Source: Camelus ferus
Taxonomy: Eukaryota
Assembly (NCBI RefSeq): GCF_009834535.1
Contig: NC_045696.1
Location: forward strand, 47,680,001 to 47,744,000
Direction of reading: 5' to 3'
DNA length: 64,000 bases
The translations under genes and the position numbers were made by a program. This document shows, piece after piece, positions 52,201 to 62,642 of this stretch. Within the stretch, counting starts at the first letter, position 1. Every line of letters begins with the position of its first letter. The notes beneath the pieces were generated by a model. That model was not told the origin of the DNA, ran no database searches, and saw only the letters and a list, made by a program, of their open reading frames with translations.

Positions 52201-54593
52201 AAAAAATCTGCTCATTTGTACAGGAGGAATAATCATCTGCAATGTCTCAAAGACTCCAAATTCCTCAGGGCACAGGATATTAGGTAAAAAATTATTTTAG
52301 GTTATTAGGTAAAAATTATTAGGTAAAAAAGTACATATATATATTTATTTTGGAATTTTAAACTATAAACACATGCTGATGAGGGATCTCTTGACTCCAG
52401 TTAGCTTCCAAATTTGTAATTAAAATAAACCTACTAAATACAATTGTTGCAAAAAGGTGTTCTGCACTCAAACGAAAGTGCTTAAAAATCTAAAATAGAG
52501 CAAAAGAGAAGTGTAGGTGATATGCTTTACTAAAGTAGCACTTTAAACCACAAGCCTTTCTAAACAACTCTTCAGGAAAGTTGCTGCAATCATTTTGACC
52601 AAAAAAATGCCTACAAGTTCCTGTACTATTTCACTCAAGCGATTTTTACTGCCTGCATGCTATATGCCAGTGTGGACAGACATGGTCTTTATCCTTTGGG
52701 GGCTCAAGCTTGTGGGGAATGTGAAAAATATAAAGCAAACAAACATATATATATGCTAACACAGATTGTGTTTAGGTGCTATGGAGAGGGAGTGACAGGA
52801 GAGAGCAACTGGTGAAGAAGGGAGTGGGGGTCAGGGAGACCCTCTCTTCATAGAAGGCTGAACCCTGACGGATGAGGAAAAATCCATGAAAAGCCAAAGT
52901 GGAAACTCCAGCAAGAGGAGGCACAAAGCCCCTGAAGCAGAAGAAAGCCAAGGAGTCCAGTCCACTCTGGCTGTGGTCAGACGGGGAGATCATGCGGAGA
53001 CGCGGGGGGGCCAGGCGGTGCAGCCCTTCCTACACCGTGGTTTGGAGCTCGGACTTGGTCCTCATGCAACTAGAAACCACTGCTGTGTTTCAAGAAGACT
53101 GGCATATCTGGTTTCCATTCTTAAAAGCTCACACTGGCAGCTTTCAGGAAAATGGATTACAGGGGAGCAAGAATGGGAAGCAGAGAACCCAGTTTAGAGG
53201 CGGTGTGGAGTCCAGAAAAGAGAGGCAATGGAGATGGAGAGAAATGGATGAACTGAGACACAAGAGTGTGAAGAGGACTTGATGATGGATTCCACGTGGG
53301 AGTCAAGCACAGGAGGAATAAAAAAAAAATCACTCCTGTTTTTATTGAGGCAAGTCTCAAAAATCTTACCAAGGAGGGCTGAGAAGATGCCAATCTGTAT
53401 CTGGTTCTGTGGCGGTTGCTTCATGCTCTTGTTGTTCTGCTATTAAGTACCAGACGGCCAACTGACAATGGGGTGACTTGGGTGGGGGCAGTTTGGGGGC
53501 GGAGGAGGCTGGGAAGCAATAGTTGCCAAAATTATACAAAACTGAGTCTGGGGAACTTTTCTAAGAAAATTCACAGTCCTTTCAGCACTCAGCTTATAAT
53601 TTTTCTTCAACCCACTCAAAACTGCTATTTCTTCGTCTGTCTTCTACCTCAGTTAACTTTTAACTATTTGTACCATCCTTCCCAGCGTGAAATCATTCTC
53701 CATGATAACGAGATAAAAACCTAACTATCTGCTGAACATTGTCTGTTTTATTCTGTTGTAAGAAACATACTGTTTGTTTCAAGCAGCAAGGCCAGGTTTT
53801 TTTACTTCCATTTCTGTGGTTTCAAATTTGCTGCATCTTTTCTATCAATCATTACTCCTAATAAATCCAAATTACTAAAAGGTTCCAAAAAGTCAGCATA
53901 GCACTATGAATTACACAGCATTCACTGCCACGCTTTGCTGGGTTGGAAATGACATGAAAGAGAAAACCTCCGTCACCTGCCTCTGCAATGTGAAAATGAA
54001 AATCTGAAATAACACCTAAAGAGTAGCCAAAAGGCATCTGGGCTTGACAGAGGAGAAATAGTGCCCTAGTAACAAGCAAATGTGAGATGTGAGATTCCTA
54101 TCATCGGAGAGGTTACATTTTCAGAAAGACTCAGGATGCAACCGAGGCTGGAATCAATAAATACAAATTACTCTCTGGAGGGCAACTTTAATCTTTAAAA
54201 TGTCAGTGTGTGGGGTAGAGAAATCACTAGAGATAAGGAAGGTTGGTAGGAAGAGGCTTGCGCTGACCTACAATTAAAACAGTTTTGTTAAATGATAAAC
54301 CTGGGCCTTCCTACCGCTCGGTGTAATTGAAGAGCACCTGACCCAGAATATATAACTTCATCACTTTTTCGTTAAAGTTTTCTAAAAGCCATGTACACTT
54401 TAAATAAATAGTTCCATAAATCAATAGTACCAAGTTCCTTTTTTTTTAAGGGGTACTTCGCTAGGAGATGGACAAAAATCTCCTCTTTCGTGTGAAAGCC
54501 TCCCCTATGGCTACCCCAGGGCACTCACGAGTTGGCGTGGATAAAATCCAGATGCAGCCGGGCCCTCCGCAGAGCAGCATACTTGTCGCCCAT
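1136..54593 (-). CDS. MORC1: MORC family CW-type zinc finger protein 1 (MORC1), exons 1-12; 5' part of the gene, continues beyond position 1
   Basis: Twelve exons (65,54,35,69,91,109,160,106,126,80,74,65 nt; 1034 nt in total) with GT-AG sites and matching phases form one open frame. The protein has the GHKL Bergerat-fold motifs ELLDNARDA, DDGCG, GQYGNG and GT, followed by S5/coiled-coil sequence. The N-terminus and linker match recalled mammalian MORC1 rather than MORC2/3/4. Confidence 0.97.
3359..3432 (-). CDS. MORC1: MORC1 exon 11 ([25 protein letters not shown])
   Basis: Acceptor ttttgtttctag, donor AAG|GTGGGA; 74 nt, phase 1 to 0. Confidence 0.92.
4113..4192 (-). CDS. MORC1: MORC1 exon 10 ([26 protein letters not shown])
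   Basis: Acceptor ttcatttcag, donor TAG|GTATGT; 80 nt. Confidence 0.95.
5170..5368. mobile_element. MER58-like hAT DNA transposon remnant
   Basis: gcccatgggccaaatt..tgtttttgt..atatttactc..ctttacag motifs. Confidence 0.55.
5595..5855 (+). mobile_element. MIR SINE (other MIRs at ~32410-32670 +, 40100-40290 +, 40740-40930 -, 50560-50790 +)
   Basis: MIR core gcaaattactt..tttccttatctgtaaatggagat..cttagaaca. Confidence 0.7.
8065..9480 (+). mobile_element. LINE-2 3' region, interrupted by MLT1
   Basis: ccaatccatcagcaagtcttgttggctcta; ctagaatgtaagct..tgagggcagg terminal motif. Confidence 0.7.
8663..9146 (+). mobile_element. Solo LTR, MLT1(F/G/H)-like, nested in an L2
   Basis: ctcctggtgttcatgcctttgtgtagtgccctcccac..aataaatgg..ttaagccactaaatt. 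Confidence 0.7.
10300..11680 (-). mobile_element. Possible very old CR1/L3 LINE remnants
   Basis: atccaagttactgataaaaatactgaacag at ~11457-11486 resembles the CR1 RT region; boundaries uncertain. Confidence 0.35.
13798..13923 (-). CDS. MORC1: MORC1 exon 9 ([43 protein letters not shown])
   Basis: Acceptor cttcttttctag, donor AAG|GTAACT; 126 nt; contains the MORC-typical SFRAY..LY motif. Confidence 0.97.
15436..15991. mobile_element. Solo LTR, MER21-like (ERVL)
   Basis: tgttggggatcctcaagac start; tgcccagggaagccc; cagccaagggcca..ttgtaagcaagcctt; ends CA. Confidence 0.65.
19870..24590 (+). mobile_element. Ancient, highly decayed L1 (L1M/L1MC-like) with ORF1 remnant, ORF2 remnant and 3' end; interrupted by a MIR at ~22890-23110
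   Basis: A-rich strand bias; recognisable L1 motifs such as atattctctgatcacc, gatgcaagaatggttcaacat and tctataaattcaatg..ccaatcaaaattcca; L1MC-type 3'UTR aaggaaccagggttccttggag. Confidence 0.75.
24600..24715 (+). mobile_element. tRNA-derived SINE (same family, more diverged)
   Basis: gggagggtata..gtggtaaag..catgaggtcctgggttcaattcccagtacctcc followed by an A tail; alignable to 51641-51782. Confidence 0.8.
25638..28028 (+). mobile_element. Relatively young lineage-specific LINE-1: 5'-truncated, internally deleted, with a doubled 3' end
   Basis: ORF2 peptides [44 protein letters not shown] and [16 protein letters not shown]; two 3'UTR/A-tail copies; TSD AAAAATTGTCTA at 25626-37 and 28029-40. 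Confidence 0.93.
30458..30754. mobile_element. MER3/MER33-like hAT DNA transposon
   Basis: ctgcccagtatggtagctac start; aatgtagctactagaaaattta..atttgtggctc..attatatttctattg end. Confidence 0.7.
31200..31376. mobile_element. MER5-like hAT DNA transposon
   Basis: cagtggt..catcacc..agattctgactcagtagatctg..gcagcca-type motifs. Confidence 0.55.
31530..31635 (-). CDS. MORC1: MORC1 exon 8 ([35 protein letters not shown]; motif IV)
   Basis: Acceptor ttttccactag, donor GGA|GTGAGT; 106 nt. Confidence 0.97.
32064..32279. mobile_element. MER58A-like hAT-Charlie DNA transposon (MITE)
   Basis: Imperfect TIRs CAGGTGTTGGTAAACT / AGTTTGCTGACCTCTG; core gtaaagggccagata..ccaataaaaatttatttacaaaaacagg. Confidence 0.8.
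33410..33569 (-). CDS. MORC1: MORC1 exon 7 ([53 protein letters not shown])
   Basis: Acceptor ttttaaatag, donor GTG|GTAAGA; 160 nt; overlaps ORF 33381..33566. Confidence 0.97.
33760..35950 (+). mobile_element. HAL1/ancient L1 5'-ORF1-like remnant, interrupted by an inverted L1 3' fragment (34861-35096, TSD TGGCTTCAA)
   Basis: ORF1-like motifs (agaagataatggagcaatgccttcaaaatcctgaaag, ccaagccaaactatca); TGGCTTCAA at 34852-60 and 35097-105. Confidence 0.55.
36979..38916 (-). mobile_element. 5'-truncated LINE-1 (ORF2 C-terminal part plus 3'UTR), sense to MORC1, in intron 6
   Basis: ORF-track peptides [30 protein letters not shown] and [15 protein letters not shown]; probable TSD CTTAAATTTCT (36968-78) / CTTAACTTTCT (38917-27). 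Confidence 0.93.
39030..39138 (-). CDS. MORC1: MORC1 exon 6 ([36 protein letters not shown])
   Basis: Acceptor tttttaatatag, donor GAG|GTAAGG; 109 nt. Confidence 0.97.
39805..39895 (-). CDS. MORC1: MORC1 exon 5 ([34 protein letters not shown] lid, motif III)
   Basis: Acceptor ttatag, donor AAG|GTGAGA; 91 nt. Confidence 0.97.
42827..42895 (-). CDS. MORC1: MORC1 exon 4 ([27 protein letters not shown] motif II)
   Basis: Acceptor ctcttacag, donor CTG|GTAAGT; 69 nt. Confidence 0.97.
43610..43890 (-). mobile_element. Old L1 (L1MB/MC-like) 3' end
   Basis: ctttattgagaaat..catcaccacaatcaag..catcacccca..ccaggcagccactgat motif series. Confidence 0.65.
44818..44954 (+). mobile_element. Very short L1 3'-end insertion into an L2
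   Basis: L1 3'UTR terminus plus A tail; exact 11-bp TSD CTCAGGATCAA at 44807-17 and 44955-65. Confidence 0.85.
45281..45798. mobile_element. Solo LTR, MLT2-like (ERVL), with internal (TCCA)n
   Basis: TG..CA ends; tgtgatgattaa..atgtgtcaactt start and gtttctctgaagaaccctgactaataca end, typical of MLT2. Confidence 0.8.
46555..46757 (+). mobile_element. Short artiodactyl-type L1 3' end
   Basis: tagataaacaac..ctactgtatagcacagggaactata..ttgtaaatcaacta..caataaaaa; degenerate TSD ttatgcatcc / ttatgtgtcc. Confidence 0.8.
47854..47888 (-). CDS. MORC1: MORC1 exon 3 ([11 protein letters not shown])
   Basis: Acceptor tgtttcag, donor CAG|GTGAGC; 35 nt. Confidence 0.95.
51197..51250 (-). CDS. MORC1: MORC1 exon 2 ([22 protein letters not shown] motif I)
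   Basis: Acceptor tttcttcatcag, donor AAG|GTAAGA; 54 nt, phase 2-2. Confidence 0.97.
51641..51782 (+). mobile_element. tRNA-derived SINE (camelid-type)
   Basis: GGGAG..GTATAGCTCAGTGGTAGAGC head; box A 51654-64; box B GGTTCAATCTCC 51697-708; A-rich tail; TSD caaaatcttaggcccccta / caaaatcctagctcccta. Confidence 0.88.
52279..52330. repeat. Short imperfect tandem repeat (TTAGGTAAAAATTA)
   Basis: ttaggtaaaaa repeated three times with an intervening ttaggtta. Confidence 0.6.
52625..53310 (-). mobile_element. LINE-2 fragment (other L2 pieces at ~19430-19850 -, 41020-41520 -, 44640-46390 +, 58540-59500 -)
   Basis: Purine-rich L2 antisense motifs: caaagcccctgaagcag, gaagcagagaacccagtt, ggacttgatgatggatt. 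Confidence 0.6.
54529..54593 (-). CDS. MORC1: MORC1 coding exon 1 ([22 protein letters not shown])
   Basis: ATG in strong Kozak context (GGGCATGG); donor TC|GTGAGT; lies in the CpG island. Confidence 0.95.
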
Positions 54594-54652
54594 GCCCTGG
54601 AACGCGACCCGCACGACCCTAGGTGACGGAGACGCCGCGCGCAGCAGCCGTT

Positions 54653-54679
54653 CGCCCTCGCCCACGCCCACGCCCACGC
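54653..54679 (-). promoter_or_regulatory. Three overlapping EGR/WT1-type sites (GCGTGGGCG) formed by a (CGCCCA)n hexamer repeat
   Basis: CGCCCACGC occurs at 54659-67, 54665-73 and 54671-79, plus a degenerate CGCCCTCGC at 54653-61. Confidence 0.55.
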
Positions 54680-54704
54680 GCAGACACCTGCTCGGCGAGC
54701 ACGC

Positions 54705-54718
54705 GCTCCCCCTGGCGG
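54705..54718 (-). promoter_or_regulatory. CTCF/CTCFL(BORIS)-like core motif
   Basis: Minus strand reads CCGCCAGGGGGAGC, one mismatch from the CCRCCAGGGGGCGC core. Confidence 0.55.
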
Positions 54719-57129
54719 CTGGAGCGCGAAGCTCACCCTGCACTGTGACCCACCTGGTGAAAATAAAGCCAGGCTCCTCTTCCCAAACTGAGATTCAAGT
54801 AACCTTCCTAGACACTCGTTCCTATCATTCCCCAACTGGAAAATGGAGCTCAAGGCTGGGGCTAGAAATTGATCAGAAATGACCATACTCTTATACACAC
54901 ATAAACACACAGAATGGGAAGAATCTGGGTCGTGAGGTCGGAAAGAGGGCAGGGGGAGGTAGGTAAAGAAAATGGGTCGTTTTCTTCCGTGATTGACACA
55001 GCAGAGGTTAAGCACTTTGTGTTCTTACCCCAACACTTCTCTTCCTGTGTTGCCCGGGCTAATCCTGTTTTCTCCAGTTGAAAGAAAGAAGAAAAGAGGT
55101 CAGCCAGAGAGAGAAAGGAAGGAAGAACTAAAGGCAATCAGAACAGAACTTGGACTTTGCTGTAATGTAAAGGCTTGTGTTCCAGGAGAACCGCTTTCAC
55201 CTGTCAGTTGACATTCACATCTTTGATGTGCTGGCCTGGCTCAAAGAATAGACATTCTGTGTTGTTGCAAAAGACAGAAGTGGGCAGGTGGAATGTAGAA
55301 AGCAGGGCCTTGGGGATAAATATAAGGAAGGGCTGTGTACGCCAGCTATCCAAAACAGGATACAAAGCACTGAGTCAGCAAATCCCGAGCTGAAACAGGG
55401 TTTGTCAAGGATGTGTTATGAAAAGGACCTGGCTGGGATGAGGAATTATTACACCTAGTTGACTTTTAAGTGTTCAAACTCATTCATTCTAGGACAATAT
55501 GACTTGCAAGTAATGTAGCTCAATAGTATGCAGCAGAGGTTTTGTATGAGAGTTTTAAACTTAGAAATAAGCATCTATGGAATAAAGAAGTTGAACTAGA
55601 TGTGTTTGTGATTTCCAGGCATTACACAAGCAATGAGGTTCACAAAAAGGAAAAAAAAAATTGTCAGTTTGGGGGTACTCAATCTACTTCTAAGGACAGA
55701 AGTTTATCAGCCACTACATTTATAAGACAAAATAGAGGAGGAGAGAATTTGAATGGCAACCTAAAGGCACATGATGTTCTACTTTAATTTCAAAACTAGA
55801 AGTAAACATACACATTTCAAGTAATTTTCTTGATTGCATTTTTGTTTTAACGGTAGCTGATGTGATGGTGTTTTGATAGCAAAGTTTTCTTTACTAAGCA
55901 ACGTGAGCTATATTTCCAACTTTTCCTTTCATAGAACTTCAAGGAAAATATATTTTATTTTCATTTTATGGGTAAGAAAAGCTTGATGAGCCTCTTCTGG
56001 ATTTATTTTACTACCCCAATTTCCAGCTGCTACCTCAAAGCAATTTACCATTGGGAGGGCACCAGAGCCACTAGCCTGTAATTAGCAAAGGCTGTAATAC
56101 CTAATTTCTACCAGAGGAAAGGGTGTGATTATCACTGAAGCACTTCTTCTAATAATCTGAGCAGAGCCCTCCTACAGTAAGTGGGCAGTCCCAAAGCTCT
56201 AGACAGTACTGATTGGCCTGGATGACAGGCATGCAGGGGAATCTGTTTGATGGTGCTAAAAAAAAAAAAATTCCTGAGATCATTGTACACAATCCACCAA
56301 AAGCCTTTTCCCCATTTCAGCTCTGTTTGGCCACTCTGTCATAAAGGCAATTCTTGTTCCTCTTTAAGGTATACTTTGGGGATTTCCTGTCTCAGCCACC
56401 TCCCTCGGCCCTGCCTCAGGATTCATTTTAACATTATTTCATGATAAAAATACTCGAGGAATAGCAGGAAGGGGAAATCTTAAACAAATACGTCATCTGC
56501 TCCTCTTATGGTTGATCCCGAGGTTAAGGACAGTCAATTTGAGATGAGAGACTTCAGCTCTTCCTGATTGAACTTTTCAGCTTTGCAGCACTCATGTACT
56601 AGTCACAAACAATGGCTCAGATCTTTCAAACCCCACTTTCCCCCTTTCGCTTAAATAACTTTGTATGAACCAACATCTCATTGCTCTTCACAAACATGTT
56701 TAAATTTGAGACAAAGTTCATAAACATAAAAAACAATACTTGTACCTACCAGCATGCACAATGGTATGCCACTTTCGAAGTGATGTCAGTATAAGAGAAT
56801 AAACACAGAAAGCAAATGCTGTTAAGATGATAATGTTGAAAGACGCCAGTGCCTCGCAATTGATAATACTGAAATGTTTCTGAAAGCAGCTCACACCCTT
56901 CTTGCTCATTTTCTTGCTTCTGTGTGAACCTGGTCAGTGTGTTTTCATCTATTCCAATCTACTCCATGTTAGACAGCGGTGGGGTTTTCATTACGGAATT
57001 TCTGTCCTCTGTATAACTGACCATCTTTAGACTCTAGGTATGCAGCCCTGTGATAAGCACCTCTGGAGATGGTGGAAATATGAAGCTAAAGCTTGCCCAA
57101 AGAATAATGATGGTATTAAACGAGTTATA

Positions 57130-57600
57130 AATTAAGGTATTCACTCTGGGTTGGCTTAGCCACTAGCCATTTTCCCACCTTTCCTCTTTCTACTATCAAA
57201 GCTGAAAATTTGCTTTCCTGTACTACCCTATAGCAAAGTGTGGCCATCTGACTCAGTCCTCATAAACAACATGAAAGCTGAAGTGTGCTGAGTGGTTCCT
57301 AGAAACCCACTAGATAAAAGGCATAGGCAGGGCTGGTTCTGGCTCCCTTCTCCCTTGTTTCTGCCTTGAATACAGAAACAATACTTGGATTTGGGGGTGT
57401 CATTTGCATCCATGAGGGAAAGGTCAAGAGAACCGTGTGAAGCTGCCCAAACATTCTTGAATTACTAAACCCAAACCAGCAGTCACTCCCCTCCAGATTT
57501 CTCATTATGAAACAAGACTTAAACTTCATCTTTATTAGTTTAAGTAATTATAATTGGATTTTCTTTTACTTGTAGCCAAAATTATCCCTAACCAATAGAG
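57130..57600 (+). mobile_element. Old MaLR LTR (MLT1J/K-like)
   Basis: Terminal motif gtttaag..attggattttcttttacttgtagccaaaa..cctaaccaata. Confidence 0.5.
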
Positions 57601-60600
57601 AGACAAAGCATAATGCAAGAAAGCATTAGAAGCATACTTTCTTTACATTACTGGACACCAGGAGATTATTTATGATGACCTATGATTTATAGTCTTTTCT
57701 TGCCAGAAGTGGTATATGGGAGTTGAGAGGAAGGAAGACACTTGCAGCAGCCACTAGAACAGAGATTGAGGAAGCGGGCGAGACACGTGTCTGTATACAG
57801 AGTGTCACAACTAAAATTATTAGACTGAAGGGCAGGAGGAGACAATGTTGGCCAGATAAGGAAGGAGAGCATTAAAGATAAGTTGGAGCATCAGGGTGAA
57901 ATTTATGTTTAGTGTGATGTGTAATTTGGAACTCTTATTGGCTCATGCAGTGAATCAGCCATTTATTTGGTGAGAGACAGCTCGATGGTAGAGTCTAAGA
58001 ATATAAAAATAAAAATATCTTGTTTCTGCCTTCCAGGGATTACAGTTCAATAGAGCCAGACTGTATCAGGTTTCAATGTAGGAAACAAACCATTCCAGGT
58101 ACGTCAGGCACAAAGAAATATAATGCAGGGAAATGGATATTGACAAAAACCCGGGAACAGATAGAAGGGCCGAATCAGGGGCCACACGGGACAGTTGAAT
58201 TCAGCCTCACACTATGAAGCTGCAGAATAGAGGGCAGCAGCCTCCTGATGCCACTGCTACAACCCCCTCCAGTTACCCATGAGGATGGTTTCCGTATACA
58301 GGAACACTGATGCTGCCCATTGCCTCTGCTCACTCACATCCCATGTCCTGCATAGTAGCAGCAAAACAAAACAATATTTTTTCACATTCAGAATCTAAGT
58401 ACGGTTTCTAGTTTTTCAATCTTTCTAACGGGAGAGATTGCAGAGAAGATGCAGGAGACTAAGGGAGACAATATACAGTTTCCACCACACCAATGGACTT
58501 TTAAGCAACAGTTGGTGCATCAAGGTCCTCTGAAAGAAGTTCAGGCTCCAAAGAGGGAGGTGAGTTAGGAAAGATTTCAAAAAAGTGATGGCACTTGAAC
58601 AGCGCTTTGAAAGATGACCTTACATTTGCCAGGTAAACAAAATCAGGATTGGCTTTCTGGGTAAGAATGCTCAGTTAGAAAAAGGAAAAGTATGGAGCTA
58701 CTGAGATATTCAGTAGGTAGCTCATTGTGTCTGGAGTTTGGGGGCACAAAGTGGGCCAGGAGGGGAGGAGTTTCAAGGTTCAAAAGGACTGAGAATGAAG
58801 TGGGGGTCAGATCATGGTGGACCCTGAATGCTGTATTGAACAATTTGGAATGAATGTATCCTGTGGATGGTGGGAAACCAGAGTCAGGCCTTACACCGTA
58901 AAGCACTATGACTGAGTTTATGCTTCATACGGATTGCTCTAGAAGCATGCGAATACTAGACGGGGAGTTCAAGACTAGAAGCGGGAAGGCCAGTTCTCAG
59001 AGTGTTGCAGCAGAAAGTGAGGAGTAGCCCCTTGAGCTGGGGAGAATCTTGATGTTATGGGAGAAAGAGATGAACTGGGTGTCCTGATAGCTTATGAAGG
59101 TGTAAAGGTCAGCTGTAGAAGACTTGCAATAATGCGGAGAGCAAACAACCGAGACGAGGACTGGGGTGGTGCCAAAGGAGAAAAGGAAATGACTATGAAA
59201 GGTCTTGATGAGGAACGTGTGGGAGTGGGCATCTCTAAATGCGATCACAAGATACTAGTAAATGTAGGGGAAGAAATACAAGTTTGGGTGGCTTAACTTA
59301 GTTCTTCAGGGGTCTGAGGGAGGCAGGAAAGAGAGGGCAAAAGTCACCCCATGTTTTTAAGCTTGAAGTCCTAGGGAGATGGTGTTGCTGTTGACAGTAT
59401 TGGGTAAGTCACCAAAAATTACCAGTTTGAAAGGTAGAAGAGAATGAGTTCATTTTTTTTCCTGTTAGGGTATAGCATTAAACAGCCATCCAAGTAGGGA
59501 AATGTCCATGCACTTTAAATGAATATGTGGTTTTCCTGTTTTCGATGGAGTTAGCTAACAATGGGTTATCATTTGTCAATAAAATATAATTTTGTGTTAT
59601 GGAAAATACTAGTGAAGTTATTTAGCCTTGTGTGCCTCTGAAGTCAGAGGCTGAGATGTTCAAGAAAATGGGAGAAGCTGGTTAAAGATACCAAGAAGAG
59701 ACACACTTGGGTAAAGATATGGGGACATGTGAATTTTGTGGCTATAAGTTCGTATTTGTCAAGACTGATCCAAAAAATCAGCAAATATATTTTCTGTACT
59801 GAACCCCCATTTAGATATGATGCCTCATTTCTGAATTGAGGCTGTATATCCACTCAATAGTTTGCCAATAATTATACACTAGCCTCAGCCAGAGAAGACT
59901 AGATGGCATTTCCTATAATTGTATTTCCTGGGATTTCTCCTTAGAAAATGAAGGGGAACCAATGTGTCCAGATTCCTCTCAAACTTGTTCCATATTCTTT
60001 CAAAGAAAAACTCTTTCAAAAATCATTGCAAATAGCCAAATTGAGTGCATTAGTAGAATGCAAAGTGATGAAACAACACACACTGATCTTTGGGAGCATT
60101 CTGTAATCAAAGTCTTTTTAAAAGTTCAAAGGTGGAAAAAACCTCACACATGTAAGGGAGACTTGTACCCTGACCTTTGAGCACAGCACTTACAGACGTG
60201 CAATGAATCACTGGCAATTCAAAGGAAGGAGTAAGCACATTTTTCCTGCTGTGGCCAAAAGAACCACCTCTTAAAATTTCCTCTCTAACTCAAATTGCAG
60301 ACCTTTGAAATACAATAAATTGTCCTGTATGTTCTCCAACAGACAATTTTCAGTCTGGGGACCTTTCTTACCCATAATTGTATTATCTTCCCCTCATATC
60401 ATCCCACAATAACATCCAGAAAATGCCTGGTATATTTTAGACACTTAAATAAATTTTTGTTTCTGAAATGAAATTTGCTACTTTCACTACTATCATATTC
60501 CTCTCATATGAAATTGCCAGACTTCTGTTACTTGAGGTAAGCTCAAATAATGTTATAATAATAATAAAAAAAAACTTTTTAGAGCAGGGACAACGTTTGT

Positions 60601-62241
60601 CTGTAATCAAAGCTGCACAACAGTTTTAGAATAGTTTTGGGGTTTGTTTTATTGTTGGACTTCATGTATTTTATACATAGAACTTCTTTATTCTACCATA
60701 TATATAACAACTAAGTAATGCAAAATATCTAACATGTAAAAGAAAGGAGCCTGTGTTGTGATATTAGGGGTCTTCTATCATCAGCCTAACACTCCACCAT
60801 CTTGTTATTTGTAGCCTGAAATTTCTTCAACAAGGTGTAAAGTGATATTACCTTTCTTCTTGTATCTAACTCATATAGATAGAAAATCCCCGTAATACCG
60901 GAGGTGATGAATAATTATTATCATCAACTTCCCACTCACAGGATCTTCCCCCAGAAAGAGGCATGCCATTACATGCCAAGGACTTAAAGGGACTGGGATC
61001 ATAGACTTGACTGGATTTATTGAATTTTGTCTCACATTATTGTATAACTTAGGGGTTAAAAAGTTTCTTCAAGACATCTAGGTGCCTGATGGACCTAGAG
61101 TGTATAGTTGGTCATTTCCTATCCTCTCTTCTGTCTTTCATTTTCCCCTGGAGCACAGACATCCCCTCAGTCTCTGTCATGGTCTTGTCTTTGTACCTGT
61201 ATCTCAATCAGACCATAAAATGTCTTTGTTTAATTATCTTAAACTGAGTCCTAATGCTTATTCTTTCTAAGTTTGTAGTCTCTTCCTTTTTCTCATCCTC
61301 CACTTCAGGACTATCCCTCCATGCTTGTCCTCACCTAAAGTTCTCCTTTTTATAGCATTATATGTCTCATCTTTAGTAACCAAGGATTATTAACCCTGAG
61401 CAGAAAGTCTGATGGTGACAGTAGAGAATGTGGCATCCCACTGACCTAAAGGGGACTGGGGCATTGAAAGAGATTGAGATTCTCTAGCCATTACACCTCT
61501 ATTAAAAGTTAAATCTTTATTCTTCATAGTAACCCTCTTTATGGGGATGATGACAATTTCAAGAGCCTGGAACCTGCACTAAATTTGGTTTTCTAGTTCC
61601 AGAGGATATATTCTCAGGATTTCTTGAGCAATATATTACAGTGGATAACAAAGAAATTGACTATAATAAAGTGCATTTAATACCTATTATATGACCAGGA
61701 GTAAACCAAATAATCTGGTTTTAGGGCTCATGAAAAATTTGTGAATTCTATCTGAATAGTCTCCTAAAAATGAAACCAATGCTGCCTGGGTATAAAGGCC
61801 TCTTGCCAAGCACCCTAACTCACTCTTGCCCATTTATACCTGCCGTGATACTGTTTGCTTCCATGGGAAAAAAATGTACCCATCAACCTGTTGGTCAACC
61901 TCAGTGGGAAAAGGAACTAAAATTTTACATTAGCCTTGACATGTTGACCCAGAAATAGAAATCATTTCACAATTTTTAATATTCTAGGATGGGAACCAAA
62001 TCAGGAGAGATGAAGAGGGAGGGTTGTGGGAGAGCATTTCTTATCTTTCTCAAACCTTTCTTCTTTTCAAGGAGGAAAAGCAGTCTCACCAAAGAAAATT
62101 TTTATCATCAGCTGAGAGAACCTCATGGGGACTCTTCCTCCCCCCTACTATTCTCCATTCACCTTCCAAATATTCCTGTTCCTTTTGGATAAACAAGAGT
62201 TGAGAGAAGCAAAACTACACATATTTGAAGAGTTTTCTCTT

Positions 62242-62642
62242 TGCTACCTGTGAACTGTATCCCCCCAAAATTTTTATGTTGAATCCCTAATGCCTAGTAC
62301 TTAAGAACGTGACTGTATTCAGAGAGAAAGCCTTCAAAGAGGTGATTAAGTTAACATGAGGTTGTGAGGGTGTGCTCTGATTCAATCTGATTGGTGTCCT
62401 TGTAAGCAAAGGAGAATAGGACAGAGACATCAGGGATGCATGTGTTCACAGAGGGAAAACCATGTGAAGAGGCAGCAAGAGGGGGGCCAAAGAAGAGCCA
62501 AAAGGAGTGGCCCAAAGGAAACCAAATCCATCAACACTTTGATCCTGGATTTCTAGCCTCCATAACCATGAGAAACAAATTTCTATTGCCTATGCCACCC
62601 ATTCTCTGGTGTTTGCTATGGCAGCCCTAGCAAACTAACGTA
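62242..62642 (+). mobile_element. Solo LTR, MLT1A-like (ERVL-MaLR)
   Basis: tgaactgtatccccccaaaa..atgttgaa..; ctagcctcca..tgagaaa..aatttct..; ttgctatggcagccctagcaaactaa end. Confidence 0.8.

Larger units (their letters stand above)
54520..54735. promoter_or_regulatory. Small CpG island: MORC1 promoter and first exon
   Basis: The only CpG-dense, GC-rich stretch in an otherwise CpG-depleted window; spans the start codon and ~140 bp upstream. Confidence 0.85.

Noticed and set aside
52899..53282. 127-aa ORF beginning with [13 protein letters not shown], reminiscent of TMA7
   Set aside because: The similarity stops after ~12 residues and the DNA matches an antisense L2 motif (caaagcccctgaagcag). 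It is not a processed pseudogene.
54594..54743. Fifty open codons in frame upstream of the MORC1 ATG (possible non-AUG extension)
   Set aside because: There is no upstream ATG, the ATG at 54593 has strong Kozak context and matches the known N-terminus, and part of this stretch is probably promoter.
54461..55015. 184-aa minus-strand ORF and 116-aa plus-strand ORF (54532..54882) across the promoter
   Set aside because: They are out of frame with or antisense to MORC1, have low-complexity translations (AWAWAW, PTPTPT) from the hexamer repeat, and stops are scarce in GC-rich DNA. No protein family resemblance.
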